This document shows, in pieces, positions 49,255 to 60,053 of a stretch of 64,000 nt of DNA. The notes beneath the pieces are model-generated. The model was not told the DNA's origin, did not search any database, and was given only the letters and a program-made list of their open reading frames with translations. Origin of the DNA: an uncultured virus (IMG/VR IMGVR_UViG_2822368973_000001) (Duplodnaviria; Heunggongvirae; Uroviricota; Caudoviricetes); IMG/VR virus record IMGVR_UViG_2822368973_000001, positions 1 to 64,000 of that record. One strand, given 5' to 3'. The stretch's first letter is position 1. Every line of letters starts with the position of its first letter. Both the position numbers and the translations under genes were made by a program.

Positions 49255-50795
49255 GAGAAGGATCTATTTCTTTAATTAGAATGTTGGGGAGCTATTTCCA
49301 AGTGGGGAATAACTCCCCTAATTTAATTGTTTATATGAAAAGAAGAGACTCTTCTTCTTACGTACAAATACAACACCGTGTAATAGGCTTAGAAGTGCAG
49401 GAGAACGCAGATCAGTTTGCTAGTACATTTACTATTACCTTTGCGAATGAATACGGCCAAATGGCTCCTGATAACTGGTATGGCAAGTTCTCTTCTATTT
49501 CAGAATGGTTTTATAACAGTGAGGTAACAAATACAAACCAGCTATATCCGCAGACTGAATTTAAAGTGTCTATTGGCTACGGTGAGGAATCATTACCTTA
49601 TATACATGGTTTTGTATCTGATGTGAAGGTAAATGCCGAAAGCGGCACGATTTCAGTTACCTGCACTACATCCTATAAGAAGGTTTTACATAAATCAGTA
49701 ATCCCAACACCTGGATCAGATGAAATTGTTGCACCTACCGGTAATGTTTATGATGTTGTGAAGTTCTTCTTCCAAAAAGCCGGAGTTGTCCTACACGGTA
49801 ACAGAGTAAATATTCCTGGAACCAATCAAAGCTGGATTGTGGAAGGAGCAACAGGAAAGAGATTTCAAAAATGGGATGAAATTGTCCGCGATATTATAGA
49901 TACAACATTCCACTATATTAAACACGAACCAGACGGAAGTTGTACATTTATGAAAATGCCAGACTATGCAATTAACGAACCTGCAAAGTTTAGTTTTAGA
50001 GAAGGGGAAAATCTTATCTCTTTAGATATGCAGCTAACTGACCAGGATATAAGTAATAGTATTGTTGTTAAATGTGGAGATTACGCAAACGGATTTCTTA
50101 ATTCGTTTCTATTAAAAAATGTATCGCAGGGTGATTTACGAGAGGAAATGATAGAAGTTCCCTGGGCGACAACGTTCTTTGCAAGAAGAGCGGTTGCTGC
50201 AGCTTATCATTTAAAAGCAATTCAGAAGTTCAGAACATTAACAGTAGCAGTAGTTGGTGATCCAAGGATTCAATTATTTGATGTTATTTCTGTTTACAAT
50301 AGAGATTCTGGTCAACAGTGGAATTACTTTGTTAAAGGGATTAATACAATGATCTCTGCAGATGATGGATTCTATCAAACTTTAGATTTAACTGTTAACT
50401 ATGGGTATGAACCTGCTCCCTATACAGATATCACCGGTATTACAGTAAATGTAGATACATTACGTTTAAAACTTTGGGATTGGGATTTAGAGGATGGCGA
50501 TTTATTAAATATTTACTGTAATGATAAATTAATCGAAGAGAATTATTTCATCCGGAACAATCCGACATATATAGATATTCCACTTGAATATGGCGTGAAT
50601 ATTATCGTATTTGAAGCAGTACGAAACCCAAAAGGGATTCTTACAGGACGTTTGCAAGTACTGGATACGCAAAATAATATCTTATTTGATTATGGTTCTT
50701 TACCAGATTTATCATTTCCTCGGGTAAATCAAGATGCAAATCACTATTATATCCAGCGTCCAGCCAAAACATGGTCTGTGACGCGCGTGAACTAG
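49251..50795 (+). CDS. Putative tail hub/Tal-like protein
   Basis: GENLISLD, VVGDPRIQLFDVI pattern; position. Confidence 0.6.
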   Translation: MREGSISLIRMLGSYFQVGNNSPNLIVYMKRRDSSSYVQIQHRVIGLEVQENADQFASTFTITFANEYGQMAPDNWYGKFSSISEWFYNSEVTNTNQLYPQTEFKVSIGYGEESLPYIHGFVSDVKVNAESGTISVTCTTSYKKVLHKSVIPTPGSDEIVAPTGNVYDVVKFFFQKAGVVLHGNRVNIPGTNQSWIVEGATGKRFQKWDEIVRDIIDTTFHYIKHEPDGSCTFMKMPDYAINEPAKFSFREGENLISLDMQLTDQDISNSIVVKCGDYANGFLNSFLLKNVSQGDLREEMIEVPWATTFFARRAVAAAYHLKAIQKFRTLTVAVVGDPRIQLFDVISVYNRDSGQQWNYFVKGINTMISADDGFYQTLDLTVNYGYEPAPYTDITGITVNVDTLRLKLWDWDLEDGDLLNIYCNDKLIEENYFIRNNPTYIDIPLEYGVNIIVFEAVRNPKGILTGRLQVLDTQNNILFDYGSLPDLSFPRVNQDANHYYIQRPAKTWSVTRVN

Positions 50796-50805
50796 GGGTG
50801 ATTCT

Positions 50806-51189
50806 ATGATAATGCAAAAAAACTTATATGATCCAATCATGTATTTGATGAAAGGATTAATTGACAGGCAAATATATACCGGTGGTAAACCAATGCCTGG
50901 TAATGACCCAAACGATGTATTTAAAGAAGGTATGACAGAAGGTTACACCCTCATTCGTGATGGTGCTCGTTTGTCTGCAGTTGATGGAGATAAATATTTA
51001 CACTATGATGTAGCCTTTAATTCACAAGGTATGCTAGAAAAAGTTCTTATCTCTCATAAAGTAACCGGAAAAGAGATGGAGATACAATTAATATATAATG
51101 CACAAAAACAATTGGAACGTGTGCAGCCGCGACTTCTTAATAAAGGTAACGGTATACTATCTGATTTACCAATTCCCGATGTGTCGTAA
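50806..51189 (+). CDS. Tail-region protein
   Basis: Operon ORF with RBS. Confidence 0.7.
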   Translation: MIMQKNLYDPIMYLMKGLIDRQIYTGGKPMPGNDPNDVFKEGMTEGYTLIRDGARLSAVDGDKYLHYDVAFNSQGMLEKVLISHKVTGKEMEIQLIYNAQKQLERVQPRLLNKGNGILSDLPIPDVS

Positions 51190-51227
51190 TGATGCACGGG
51201 AATTTTTTAATACAAGAAAAAGGGTGA

Positions 51228-51608
51228 TTGCTCTTGTTTGAAACAACCTATTTAGCCGGTGGCCGATTAGATCCACCTTTTCATCCGACTAAAACAGAAC
51301 CATTCATACCTGGTTTCATTATGGATTCTACATCATTTAAAACCGATGAAAAGAAATATACATTACCTGCAGACATGGAGATTTATGCAGTTAGTGTTAG
51401 TTCTTCTATTTACGAATTAGATGATAAATGGGATTTAATCGTGAACGGGCAAACCATTTGCCAAGATATTTATACAAAGCGGATCCCGGAAGGTATGCAT
51501 TTTATGGTTTATAAAGCAGTAAAAGCAGGAGACACAATTGTATTTCGATTCCATAATCAAGGAATTCTTGATAAAACAGTTTGGTTTGAATTGCACTTTT
51601 TAAGATAA
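51228..51608 (+). CDS. Tail-region protein, paralog of 51618-51998
   Basis: Shared YxAGGRxDxPxxPTKTEPFI. Confidence 0.75.
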   Translation: MLLFETTYLAGGRLDPPFHPTKTEPFIPGFIMDSTSFKTDEKKYTLPADMEIYAVSVSSSIYELDDKWDLIVNGQTICQDIYTKRIPEGMHFMVYKAVKAGDTIVFRFHNQGILDKTVWFELHFLR

Positions 51609-51617
51609 GGAGGCGTA

Positions 51618-51998
51618 TTGATGAGTTTTGCTGTTGCCTATATGGCTGGTGGAAGATTCGACGCACCTTACTTCCCAACAAAAACAGAGCCATTCATACA
51701 AGGGCGAAGAGTTGGTATACATGATGAAATTCATGTAGATAAGTTTTCATTACCATTCGAAACAGAAATGATTGCTTTTTCTGTAGCTGCTTCACATTAC
51801 AGTGACTCGGACTACTGGAATTTATTTATTAATGGCCAACAAGTATTTAAAGAGGTTTATGTAAAAGATGTGCCGGAGGGATTTAATTTCTCCATTGTAA
51901 AACCTATACCTGCTAATGCAGAGCTAAAGTTCGAATACCACAATGCATCCGCAGAGAAAAAGGCTATATGGCTTAATTACCAACTATTAAGAGATTAG
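51618..51998 (+). CDS. Tail-region protein, paralog of 51228-51608
   Basis: Shared N-terminal motif, same length. Confidence 0.75.
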   Translation: MMSFAVAYMAGGRFDAPYFPTKTEPFIQGRRVGIHDEIHVDKFSLPFETEMIAFSVAASHYSDSDYWNLFINGQQVFKEVYVKDVPEGFNFSIVKPIPANAELKFEYHNASAEKKAIWLNYQLLRD

Positions 51999-52011
51999 GA
52001 GCGTGTAATAG

Positions 52012-53364
52012 ATGGCATACGTTGAAAAAATGTATACAGAAGGCGAATTCCAAGACGAAATTGTTAAATTGGTAATCGCTAACGGATGGAAGAAAGTAAA
52101 ATCATTTTTCAGAGCTGTTTATCCAGATATGGAACAAAAATCTGACGATGATACAAAATTTGAATTTGGCATGAGTAAACACATGTTAGTGAAGAACAAT
52201 AGCGGTTCTATTTATGGAATTGCTCAAATTTCAAAATGGTCACTTAAAAAGTCAGAGATTAAATACAACTTCACAAATGAAGAAGGAAAGAAAGCTTTTG
52301 CCGAAGACGGTAAAAAACGTCTAGAAAGTGGCAGGGATCGTTCTTGTTTTTATGTTTATATGATTGAAAAAGAACCAAGCGTTGCTGATGAAGGTATACT
52401 TGTTCTTCCTTATGAATCTAATAAATTTGAAAAAATATTATTAGATGTGGAATTAACTAAGATAACAGTTACTACAAAAGTAAGTCCAGGTGGTGGCGGT
52501 AGTACTTACAAAATTTACTCTTACGATGAAGCGGAGACACAAGTCATGATGTCCCCTTGGGTAAAGGTAACATTACGAAATACGAATTTACAAGGTATCA
52601 ACGCTCAAACAAATTGGTGGCCGGATTCATTGGTCCGGATTAATGGCCAAGTTGATGAAAGCCGTGTTGTTTTATTAATACAAGCTGATAATACACCAGC
52701 CTTTGAAAACAACGTAGTTCCAGTTACACCGCTTTATATGGGCCAATTAGAAAGTTACGCTAATGATGATACATTAGGTGATGCATTATGGGCAGGAACA
52801 GCTTTTGATACAGGTAATGAAGAAGCATCACATAAATTCGATTTTAACGATACGAAACCATATAGAAATGTAGAAAACTACATGCCTGTCATGAAGTCTT
52901 ATCCACGTTCCCCTGGTAATGGTATTGATAACGTGATTATTAAACGTTCAAGATTAGGAGCAAGGTACCAGGCTCATTTTATTGCTTGGAATGTAGCGCC
53001 TAATGCAATGCCACCAGATCGCGTTGGTAAAGATGGCGGTCAATATTCACTAGCATGGCAATCACAAGATAATGACGAATACAAATATCAATTTAACCCG
53101 TCTGTTTATAGCAATAAAGTACATACTTCACGCGCTTATATTGTTCATCCAGATGAAGGTGTACGTGGATATTTACCTTATATGATCCTATTGTCTCCAC
53201 TAGGTCTATTAAATGGCGATAGATTAAAAGTTAGAAAGAATACTTGTCCGGATTCGCACGACATTTACAAATTCTTTAATGTAGATGCTATTTCACCAAT
53301 TACAAAAAGACCAGCTACTGCGTATCGTCCTGCTGGATTAGGTATTTTTGAGAAAACAGTATAA
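52012..53364 (+). CDS. Tail-region structural protein
   Basis: Shares FNPSVYS...YIVHP with 53379-55115. Confidence 0.7.
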   Translation: MAYVEKMYTEGEFQDEIVKLVIANGWKKVKSFFRAVYPDMEQKSDDDTKFEFGMSKHMLVKNNSGSIYGIAQISKWSLKKSEIKYNFTNEEGKKAFAEDGKKRLESGRDRSCFYVYMIEKEPSVADEGILVLPYESNKFEKILLDVELTKITVTTKVSPGGGGSTYKIYSYDEAETQVMMSPWVKVTLRNTNLQGINAQTNWWPDSLVRINGQVDESRVVLLIQADNTPAFENNVVPVTPLYMGQLESYANDDTLGDALWAGTAFDTGNEEASHKFDFNDTKPYRNVENYMPVMKSYPRSPGNGIDNVIIKRSRLGARYQAHFIAWNVAPNAMPPDRVGKDGGQYSLAWQSQDNDEYKYQFNPSVYSNKVHTSRAYIVHPDEGVRGYLPYMILLSPLGLLNGDRLKVRKNTCPDSHDIYKFFNVDAISPITKRPATAYRPAGLGIFEKTV

Positions 53365-53378
53365 AGGAGTGTACATAT

Positions 53379-55115
53379 ATGTGGTTTGATAAAGTCGTAT
53401 ATTTACAAACATTACCACAAGAATTAGAAAAACTATTTGCTGATAACGGTTGGAAACGAACGCTATTTTTCCAAATTAAGAGCGGCATTTCAAAATTTAT
53501 TGATGTAAGGTTGTTTGAATCATTAGGAAGTGATGGAGAACGCAGAAGATTCGGTATAGCAAATGCGTATGACACTGCTGATTCTGATTTCACTGATAGC
53601 CGGTTTATTTCTGCAGATTCTCCACTAGGTAAATTAGGGATGGGAGATGGAGTGAAGAAAGACTTCTCTATCCCTGTTTCTCCTGTTCTTGGCCCTTCTG
53701 TCATTGTATATGTAAATGGGTTTGAACAAGAGAAGAGTAAATATAAGGTGGATGCAACTACAGGAAAAGTAACATTTACTACCGCTATTGCAAAAGGCGA
53801 TAAAGTAACATGCGAATATAGATTAGCTACCAACACATACGAGCCAAACAATGACATGCTGCTATTTACTTTTAATCGATACTTTATTGAAAAAGAGATC
53901 CTTTCCGGTGATAAATCAGGGGAATTAGGAAAAGGAAATGGAACGAAAAAGAACTTCGCATTGCCATTCCCTAACTTTGACGAAAGCAGGACCATAGTTT
54001 ACAAGGATAATACTATTGTTGATCCTAGCGAGTATTCGTTCACTGAAACGGAAATTGTATTTAATAGCGCACCTGCAGCAGATACCACAATTAAGATTAG
54101 CGGTATTTATTTCTTATTACCAAAAGAAGACGGAACACTGGATACATTAACAGCAAAAACAAGTTTCGATGTACAAAAGATGGAAAGTATTATGGGCGAA
54201 GTATATTCTACGATCAATTTTGTGAACCCATCCCCTTATACATCAATTAGTTTTACACCGGAGCAGCGTTTCTCTAAAGAATTAAATCGCGACTCTGTTG
54301 TTTATCTGTATGGGAACGCAAACAAGGACCGCTTAATTATGTTTATGCGTGTAGATCCAACACCAAATCCAGTTCGTGCATTATTTGTTCCGTTGTATAT
54401 CGGTAAATTATATACATTCGATGTTGCACCAAGAAAAAACATGATTATTTTAAGCGGCTGCAGACCAGGCGACCAATTTGTATATTCACCAAATAAGAAA
54501 ATTGGTAATGCGCCACTTGATTACGGTTCTGATACATCAAACGGAAACGAAACGGTTCAATTATCACAATCAAGCACAGGAGCCATGTACCAACACCATT
54601 ATTTAGCTTTCATTACTCATGATATGTCAGTAGATAGTGGACAAGGACGCTTTAACCCATCGGTATATAGTGGTAAATATCATTTATCTCAAATTTATAT
54701 TGTTCATCCAAACGATGGATATGTTGGAAAGCTAGATGATGTTTATGCAGTTCATCCAAAGAATATCCAGCAAGCCGACGAACTAGAAATTGAAAAAACA
54801 GTCGTAGATGAAGTACTCGGACAAGGTGACGGACACCGTAAAGTATTTCATCTAGAACATAAGCCAAAGGGCGAAACGTTAAGATTATTCATTTCATGTA
54901 AAGAAGTAGAAAAAGCGGATTATGTATACAATGCAGAAGATAAGACCGTTACATTTAACGAAGCACCGGTTATTGGTTCTGAAATCACAGGCGCTTATGA
55001 AATGGCTCAATTATATCGTTACACATTACCGACAACGCCCGTTTGTCCTATGACACAAGCGAAAGCAACACCATTTAATCCAATTGGTTTAGCGATCTAC
55101 AAAGAAGATATTTAA
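53379..55115 (+). CDS. Tail-region protein with three GxG(D/N)G..K.F inserted domains
   Basis: GMGDGVKKDF, GKGNGTKKNF, GQGDGHRKVF repeats. Confidence 0.7.
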   Translation: MWFDKVVYLQTLPQELEKLFADNGWKRTLFFQIKSGISKFIDVRLFESLGSDGERRRFGIANAYDTADSDFTDSRFISADSPLGKLGMGDGVKKDFSIPVSPVLGPSVIVYVNGFEQEKSKYKVDATTGKVTFTTAIAKGDKVTCEYRLATNTYEPNNDMLLFTFNRYFIEKEILSGDKSGELGKGNGTKKNFALPFPNFDESRTIVYKDNTIVDPSEYSFTETEIVFNSAPAADTTIKISGIYFLLPKEDGTLDTLTAKTSFDVQKMESIMGEVYSTINFVNPSPYTSISFTPEQRFSKELNRDSVVYLYGNANKDRLIMFMRVDPTPNPVRALFVPLYIGKLYTFDVAPRKNMIILSGCRPGDQFVYSPNKKIGNAPLDYGSDTSNGNETVQLSQSSTGAMYQHHYLAFITHDMSVDSGQGRFNPSVYSGKYHLSQIYIVHPNDGYVGKLDDVYAVHPKNIQQADELEIEKTVVDEVLGQGDGHRKVFHLEHKPKGETLRLFISCKEVEKADYVYNAEDKTVTFNEAPVIGSEITGAYEMAQLYRYTLPTTPVCPMTQAKATPFNPIGLAIYKEDI

Positions 55116-55136
55116 GCATAAGGGGGTAGCAGAAGA

Positions 55137-57650
55137 ATGAGTGAAAAAGTTTATTCTATTGCTTCCCCTTCTATATGTACCAAAGAAAAAAGTCATGTTG
55201 TTGTCGTTGGTTCTGGACCAGATCGGAATGAAAAAGTTTATTCTTTTTCTATTACACCAGCGGATACAGAAAACAAAAATGATGTTGATTATCCAATTTG
55301 CATTGCTCCTTATGCGAGATATAAAGCTGTTAAAGAAGATAACGCAGGAGTAACCGCTACAAAAGTAAGAGCAAAAGGGATTTTAACAGATGTTGTAGAG
55401 AATGCATTGCGACAAATAGAGGTAGAAGCCTACATTTCAAATACAACTGATTTTGATTTAAATCGAAATATAAATGTGGCCAATATTGAAATGCAGCATT
55501 CCCAACGAATGGACAGTATTTCTGTTCAACTAATTTCTGCAGAAGAATCACCACAACATAGACGAATTTTCGATATAAACCATATCGAAGGGGTAGAGAG
55601 CGAAAAACCAAGTGAGATAGAAGTAATGGTACACGCTTCTGATGAAACAAATCTTATAACGAATGAATATGAAGTTGCACCGATCATAAAGCAGGATTTA
55701 CTAAAAGGTAAGTTACGTGAATTCGCTGCAGGTGTGGAAGTATTACCGGAATGGGTAAATGTTGCGCGTATTGTATACGGTGAGGGTTTTTATAATGATC
55801 TTATGGCCGACAGAGTTACAACGGATTATGAAGCTGTTTCAATGCATAATGATACGAGCGATATTGTTACCAGGGAGCTAAAAGCTACACATGCAGAAGT
55901 TACTTTATCTACTGCAGTTCCAAATATATATCCTGTATCTATTGTCGAAAATGAAACTGGTGATGTACAGCAAAAAGAAATACTTCTTCATGCCCCGGCA
56001 CAATTCGAATTTGGTACAAAAGAACGAGAAGTTAAAGGGATTATAGAAGAATTTGATTTGTTCAATGGTATGGGTATACCGGTTTATCTTCCTGATTATG
56101 ATTTATTTGCTCGTATGCAAAGAGACATTGGAACCTCTGTTGCTACACAATATGAATCGAACCGCTTAGAAGAAATAGAAAGCGTGAACCTGCTCCCTTA
56201 TGAAAATATAGAAAGCGCGTATTTAATTCGTGACATAGATGTAGAGCGAATTCACCTGGATCACTCTATTCGAACAAAGGAACTTGCTGCAGATGTTATT
56301 GCAAGTAATGAAGTAAGCAAGAAAATAAATGTATTTGATACTGAAAGAAATGAAGCTGCATCATTTACAAGAACAAAAGAACAGTATGCGAATGTAGATA
56401 CAACACACGCATTTGAACGTATCGTAGAAACACTTGATTCTGTTTATGCCGATCAACAAGAATTTGCAAATAAAGAAAATGTATTTACTGCAGCTGTAGA
56501 GGTAGGACAAGAAGTTAAAAATGCTTCACGGGTATTATCTGTTAAAGATATTTCCGGAACTGACGATGCAAATAAATCGCAAAACATATTCGAGATACAG
56601 ACAATTGTCGCAGAAGAAGCAGAGAGATTACATGAAATAAATGCCGGTATTTCTACTGCAGATTATTCTCATCGTATCTTAAAAGAATTACAAGGCGTAT
56701 CGCCAGACGTTACTTTTGCAGAAGTGAAAAATGAGTTGCAAGCAACTGTAGTTGAACTGGATCAAGCAGATATAGAAGATACTGCAGTACTTACACATGT
56801 AGATGAAATTTCTTCATTCGGATTAAAAGAACGCTTAATTATTACACATGTAGATACTAATGAAGTTGCCAATAAAACAGAAAAAGAATTTCAAGCTAAC
56901 ATAGAAGAGTTTGATTTATTTGAGGGCCTTGGTATTCCTGTATATCTTCCAGAATTCGATTTGTTCGGCCGTGTTCAAAAAGAACTAGAAACACGTATAA
57001 CTTTATTTAATAATTCATCTAAATCATTAAATGTGATGCAGATGAAACTAGATCAAACAATTGAATCTGAAAAAGCAATAAAAGAACATACAACTGCAGT
57101 AATTGGAGAAGTGGCTTCTGACATCGTTCCAGTTATCTTAGATACTGCACATATATCATTAGATATTTCTTATAAACAGGATACACAACAAGCTCTTATT
57201 ACAGAGCAAGAAGCCTTTACCGGTATACGTGAATTTGAAAGCGGAATTATCTCTGATATAACACCAGCCGATAAAGAAGTTATAACGAGAGATACAAATG
57301 TAATTGCAACTGTAGATGCAGCACGGGAATCTGAACGATATGCAATCGTTAGTGAACAAGAATTATTAGAGCGACAGGCTAGTGTAGACGCTGTGACTAA
57401 CGAAGTTGATACATTTGATAGGGAACATGAATTAGAAAGTGTTGCAGAGGAATATGAACAGTTTGAACGTATGCCAGAACGAGAATCAGTTCTAGAGGAT
57501 AATGCACTATTCAAAATGGAGAGAGTACTAGATACAGAAAAACCAGATGAATTACTAGTGATTGAAAAAGAGAATAATGATCCGAAGTTATGGCTGCGAC
57601 ATAGTCGCCAATCGTGGTGGACAAATTCAAACTGGAAGAAAACAAGATAA
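55137..57650 (+). CDS. Acidic repetitive tail-region protein
   Basis: EEFDLFxGxGIPVYLPxxDLF occurs twice. Confidence 0.7.
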   Translation: MSEKVYSIASPSICTKEKSHVVVVGSGPDRNEKVYSFSITPADTENKNDVDYPICIAPYARYKAVKEDNAGVTATKVRAKGILTDVVENALRQIEVEAYISNTTDFDLNRNINVANIEMQHSQRMDSISVQLISAEESPQHRRIFDINHIEGVESEKPSEIEVMVHASDETNLITNEYEVAPIIKQDLLKGKLREFAAGVEVLPEWVNVARIVYGEGFYNDLMADRVTTDYEAVSMHNDTSDIVTRELKATHAEVTLSTAVPNIYPVSIVENETGDVQQKEILLHAPAQFEFGTKEREVKGIIEEFDLFNGMGIPVYLPDYDLFARMQRDIGTSVATQYESNRLEEIESVNLLPYENIESAYLIRDIDVERIHLDHSIRTKELAADVIASNEVSKKINVFDTERNEAASFTRTKEQYANVDTTHAFERIVETLDSVYADQQEFANKENVFTAAVEVGQEVKNASRVLSVKDISGTDDANKSQNIFEIQTIVAEEAERLHEINAGISTADYSHRILKELQGVSPDVTFAEVKNELQATVVELDQADIEDTAVLTHVDEISSFGLKERLIITHVDTNEVANKTEKEFQANIEEFDLFEGLGIPVYLPEFDLFGRVQKELETRITLFNNSSKSLNVMQMKLDQTIESEKAIKEHTTAVIGEVASDIVPVILDTAHISLDISYKQDTQQALITEQEAFTGIREFESGIISDITPADKEVITRDTNVIATVDAARESERYAIVSEQELLERQASVDAVTNEVDTFDREHELESVAEEYEQFERMPERESVLEDNALFKMERVLDTEKPDELLVIEKENNDPKLWLRHSRQSWWTNSNWKKTR

Positions 57651-57665
57651 AGAGAAGGTGGTAAA

Positions 57666-59645
57666 ATGGCAAGTCAATTAGGAAAAAACCTATTGCAACC
57701 AGAACCAGGGTGGACTCGTGAACATTGCACTTTAGAGAATGCAAAGCCAGGTAAGTTTTTTTCAAATGTAGACTTAACCGGCAATATTACAGGAGATAAA
57801 TGGCGTGTAGTTGGGGATTCTAGCAGTTTAGAGCGGAATAGTTCCTGGTATGTCGGTGACTCTTTAGGTCGTTCATTTTATTTTAAATTTACAGGGACCG
57901 CATTGCGTATATTATTGAAAAATTTTACAACTCATGCATTTAACATTACTGTCACTATAGATAATATAAGATATGTTGGTTGGGTACCAGCTTATTCTGC
58001 TGAATACTCTCTTGTCGTATTTGAGCAACTTAATCTAATTAAGGGTGAACATAACGTTAAAGTAACTACAGAAGGAAGGGCTTCTGGTGCACCTGGATCT
58101 GCTTATACGTTTTTAACTGCTATTGATTACGCAGATTTAGGCGCTAAAGTTGGTGGTGTATTAAAAGAACCGGAACCTGGTTGGAAGCGATTTGATGATA
58201 CGGATAGCAATATTCGGTACACAGGTCCTTGGTTTCATAATAGTAATGCGGTAGGTGACTCTAATAATACGTTGTCATACAAGAACTCAGATCATGGTAC
58301 TGAACCTACAAAATGCGAGTTCGTATTTTCTGGAAAGGGAATTCGCATTATTTCTAAATACATCAATAGTACAAGTTACAGAGATCCAATAAAAATCACT
58401 ATAGACGGTTCTTCTGAAACTTACACACTTTCTCCAAAATCAGCTATTCTTCAATGTTTAGTTTATGAGAAATTGGACATTGCACCTGGAATTCATACAG
58501 TTGTAATTGAAGCTCAAGATAATATTATAGATGCTATTGACGTATTACAGGGAGAATTACTATCACCAGATTTAATTAAAAAGCCTAAAGTATCCTTGTA
58601 TGAAAAAGAAAGTGGAAAAATATTTGTAGATGATTTTGATTCTATAAATCCCAAATGGCTTATGTCACCATCAAATACATTTAACAATGTTGTTAAAAAA
58701 GGATTCCTACGTATGAATCATTCTGCAGATAAAGACGTTATGCTTTTAATCGATAAACAACAAAGTAACTTTGCAATCCAGATTATTGCGGACTACGCTC
58801 CTACAAAAGAAGGAGATGAAGGCGGCTTACTGATTTATCAAAATGAAAAGAATAAAGTTGAGTTTCTTGAATCCTATTCTTCTAATAGTTCACAAAGCAA
58901 TAAAGAGTGGATGGCGATATGTAAGGAAGATCAATGGGACTTTTACACAAAGACAGATACATTTTTTGATTATACGGATAACGATTCATTAGCAGCAAAA
59001 AGAATTGGTGTTGTTTTAAAAAGAGGAACTGCAGAGGGATTTGTACCGCTAGACATCAATAAAATTATTATGACAACAAGCAACATGTTACGTCTGCGCC
59101 AACTATATGAAAATTATAAGGTTGTATTAAAAGATACTGCAGATAATATCCTGTCTACTAACATTGTAGCTGCAGCTCATACAGGGATTGATATTCTACT
59201 TCCTTCTTTAGAGTTCGAGGGAATCATAGAAATATATGATGAAGAAAACGAACTACTAGCAAAGAAACAAGCTACCTTCTATGGTGGGGATATGTATTGT
59301 ATGGGTTCATCCCTACAAATCAAAATGAATAGTGCAGAATTAAATACAACAGATCCAACGAATTTAGGTTACATGGTGAATAATGAGCGCATTGTAAAAA
59401 TGACAATCGTAAATAATAACATCGGCGCTGCTACAAATATAAAACTATCCATACAGCAGTACATGGAGAAAATCGGTTACACCTGGGCGCTTATTTCATT
59501 AGATGGTATTAACTATTTGAATGAAATACAGATTGATTCAGTAGCTGCACAAAGTACTCGTGATTTTTGGGTAAAGGTTGTGAAGGATACAAATTTCCTA
59601 GCATTTGAACCAATTTATTTTAATATTCATCTAAAACATAATTGA
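57666..59645 (+). CDS. Putative receptor-binding/adhesin protein
   Basis: Two jelly-roll-like modules each starting PEPGWxR; DDTDSNIRYTGPW. Confidence 0.6.
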   Translation: MASQLGKNLLQPEPGWTREHCTLENAKPGKFFSNVDLTGNITGDKWRVVGDSSSLERNSSWYVGDSLGRSFYFKFTGTALRILLKNFTTHAFNITVTIDNIRYVGWVPAYSAEYSLVVFEQLNLIKGEHNVKVTTEGRASGAPGSAYTFLTAIDYADLGAKVGGVLKEPEPGWKRFDDTDSNIRYTGPWFHNSNAVGDSNNTLSYKNSDHGTEPTKCEFVFSGKGIRIISKYINSTSYRDPIKITIDGSSETYTLSPKSAILQCLVYEKLDIAPGIHTVVIEAQDNIIDAIDVLQGELLSPDLIKKPKVSLYEKESGKIFVDDFDSINPKWLMSPSNTFNNVVKKGFLRMNHSADKDVMLLIDKQQSNFAIQIIADYAPTKEGDEGGLLIYQNEKNKVEFLESYSSNSSQSNKEWMAICKEDQWDFYTKTDTFFDYTDNDSLAAKRIGVVLKRGTAEGFVPLDINKIIMTTSNMLRLRQLYENYKVVLKDTADNILSTNIVAAAHTGIDILLPSLEFEGIIEIYDEENELLAKKQATFYGGDMYCMGSSLQIKMNSAELNTTDPTNLGYMVNNERIVKMTIVNNNIGAATNIKLSIQQYMEKIGYTWALISLDGINYLNEIQIDSVAAQSTRDFWVKVVKDTNFLAFEPIYFNIHLKHN

Positions 59646-59657
59646 GGTGAATACAAT

Positions 59658-60038
59658 ATGGGAACTGTAATGAAATTATATAGATATACATCCGAAAGCG
59701 AGATTACACCGTCAATCCTTATTGAGAGGAATGTACAAATTACAATTGAACCAGGAAAAACTCTATATACTCCATTGGATGTAGGTTGTAACAAATACGA
59801 TATTCGCACGATTCAAGTTACAAATGATTCAAACGTAGAAGCAATGCTATTTATGTACGACCAAAAAGAGAATGGGAATCAAATCTATAAAAGCTTATCC
59901 GAAAAAAGAACGTATGATATTTTATCCATTCCTTGCGAGGATAAAGATCATACAAACAAGGCCCATCTTTATATAGAAAATAGGGGCGTAGCAAACTCTA
60001 CTTTTAATGTTTCTATGAAAGCCATACGTTTAAGTTAA
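59658..60038 (+). CDS. Tail-region protein
   Basis: Operon ORF with RBS GAGGTG. Confidence 0.7.
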   Translation: MGTVMKLYRYTSESEITPSILIERNVQITIEPGKTLYTPLDVGCNKYDIRTIQVTNDSNVEAMLFMYDQKENGNQIYKSLSEKRTYDILSIPCEDKDHTNKAHLYIENRGVANSTFNVSMKAIRLS

Positions 60039-60053
60039 GGAGGAACATATAAA

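Noticed and set aside
55137..59645. Diversity-generating retroelement acting on tail genes
   Set aside because: No reverse transcriptase and no adenine-specific TR/VR pair seen
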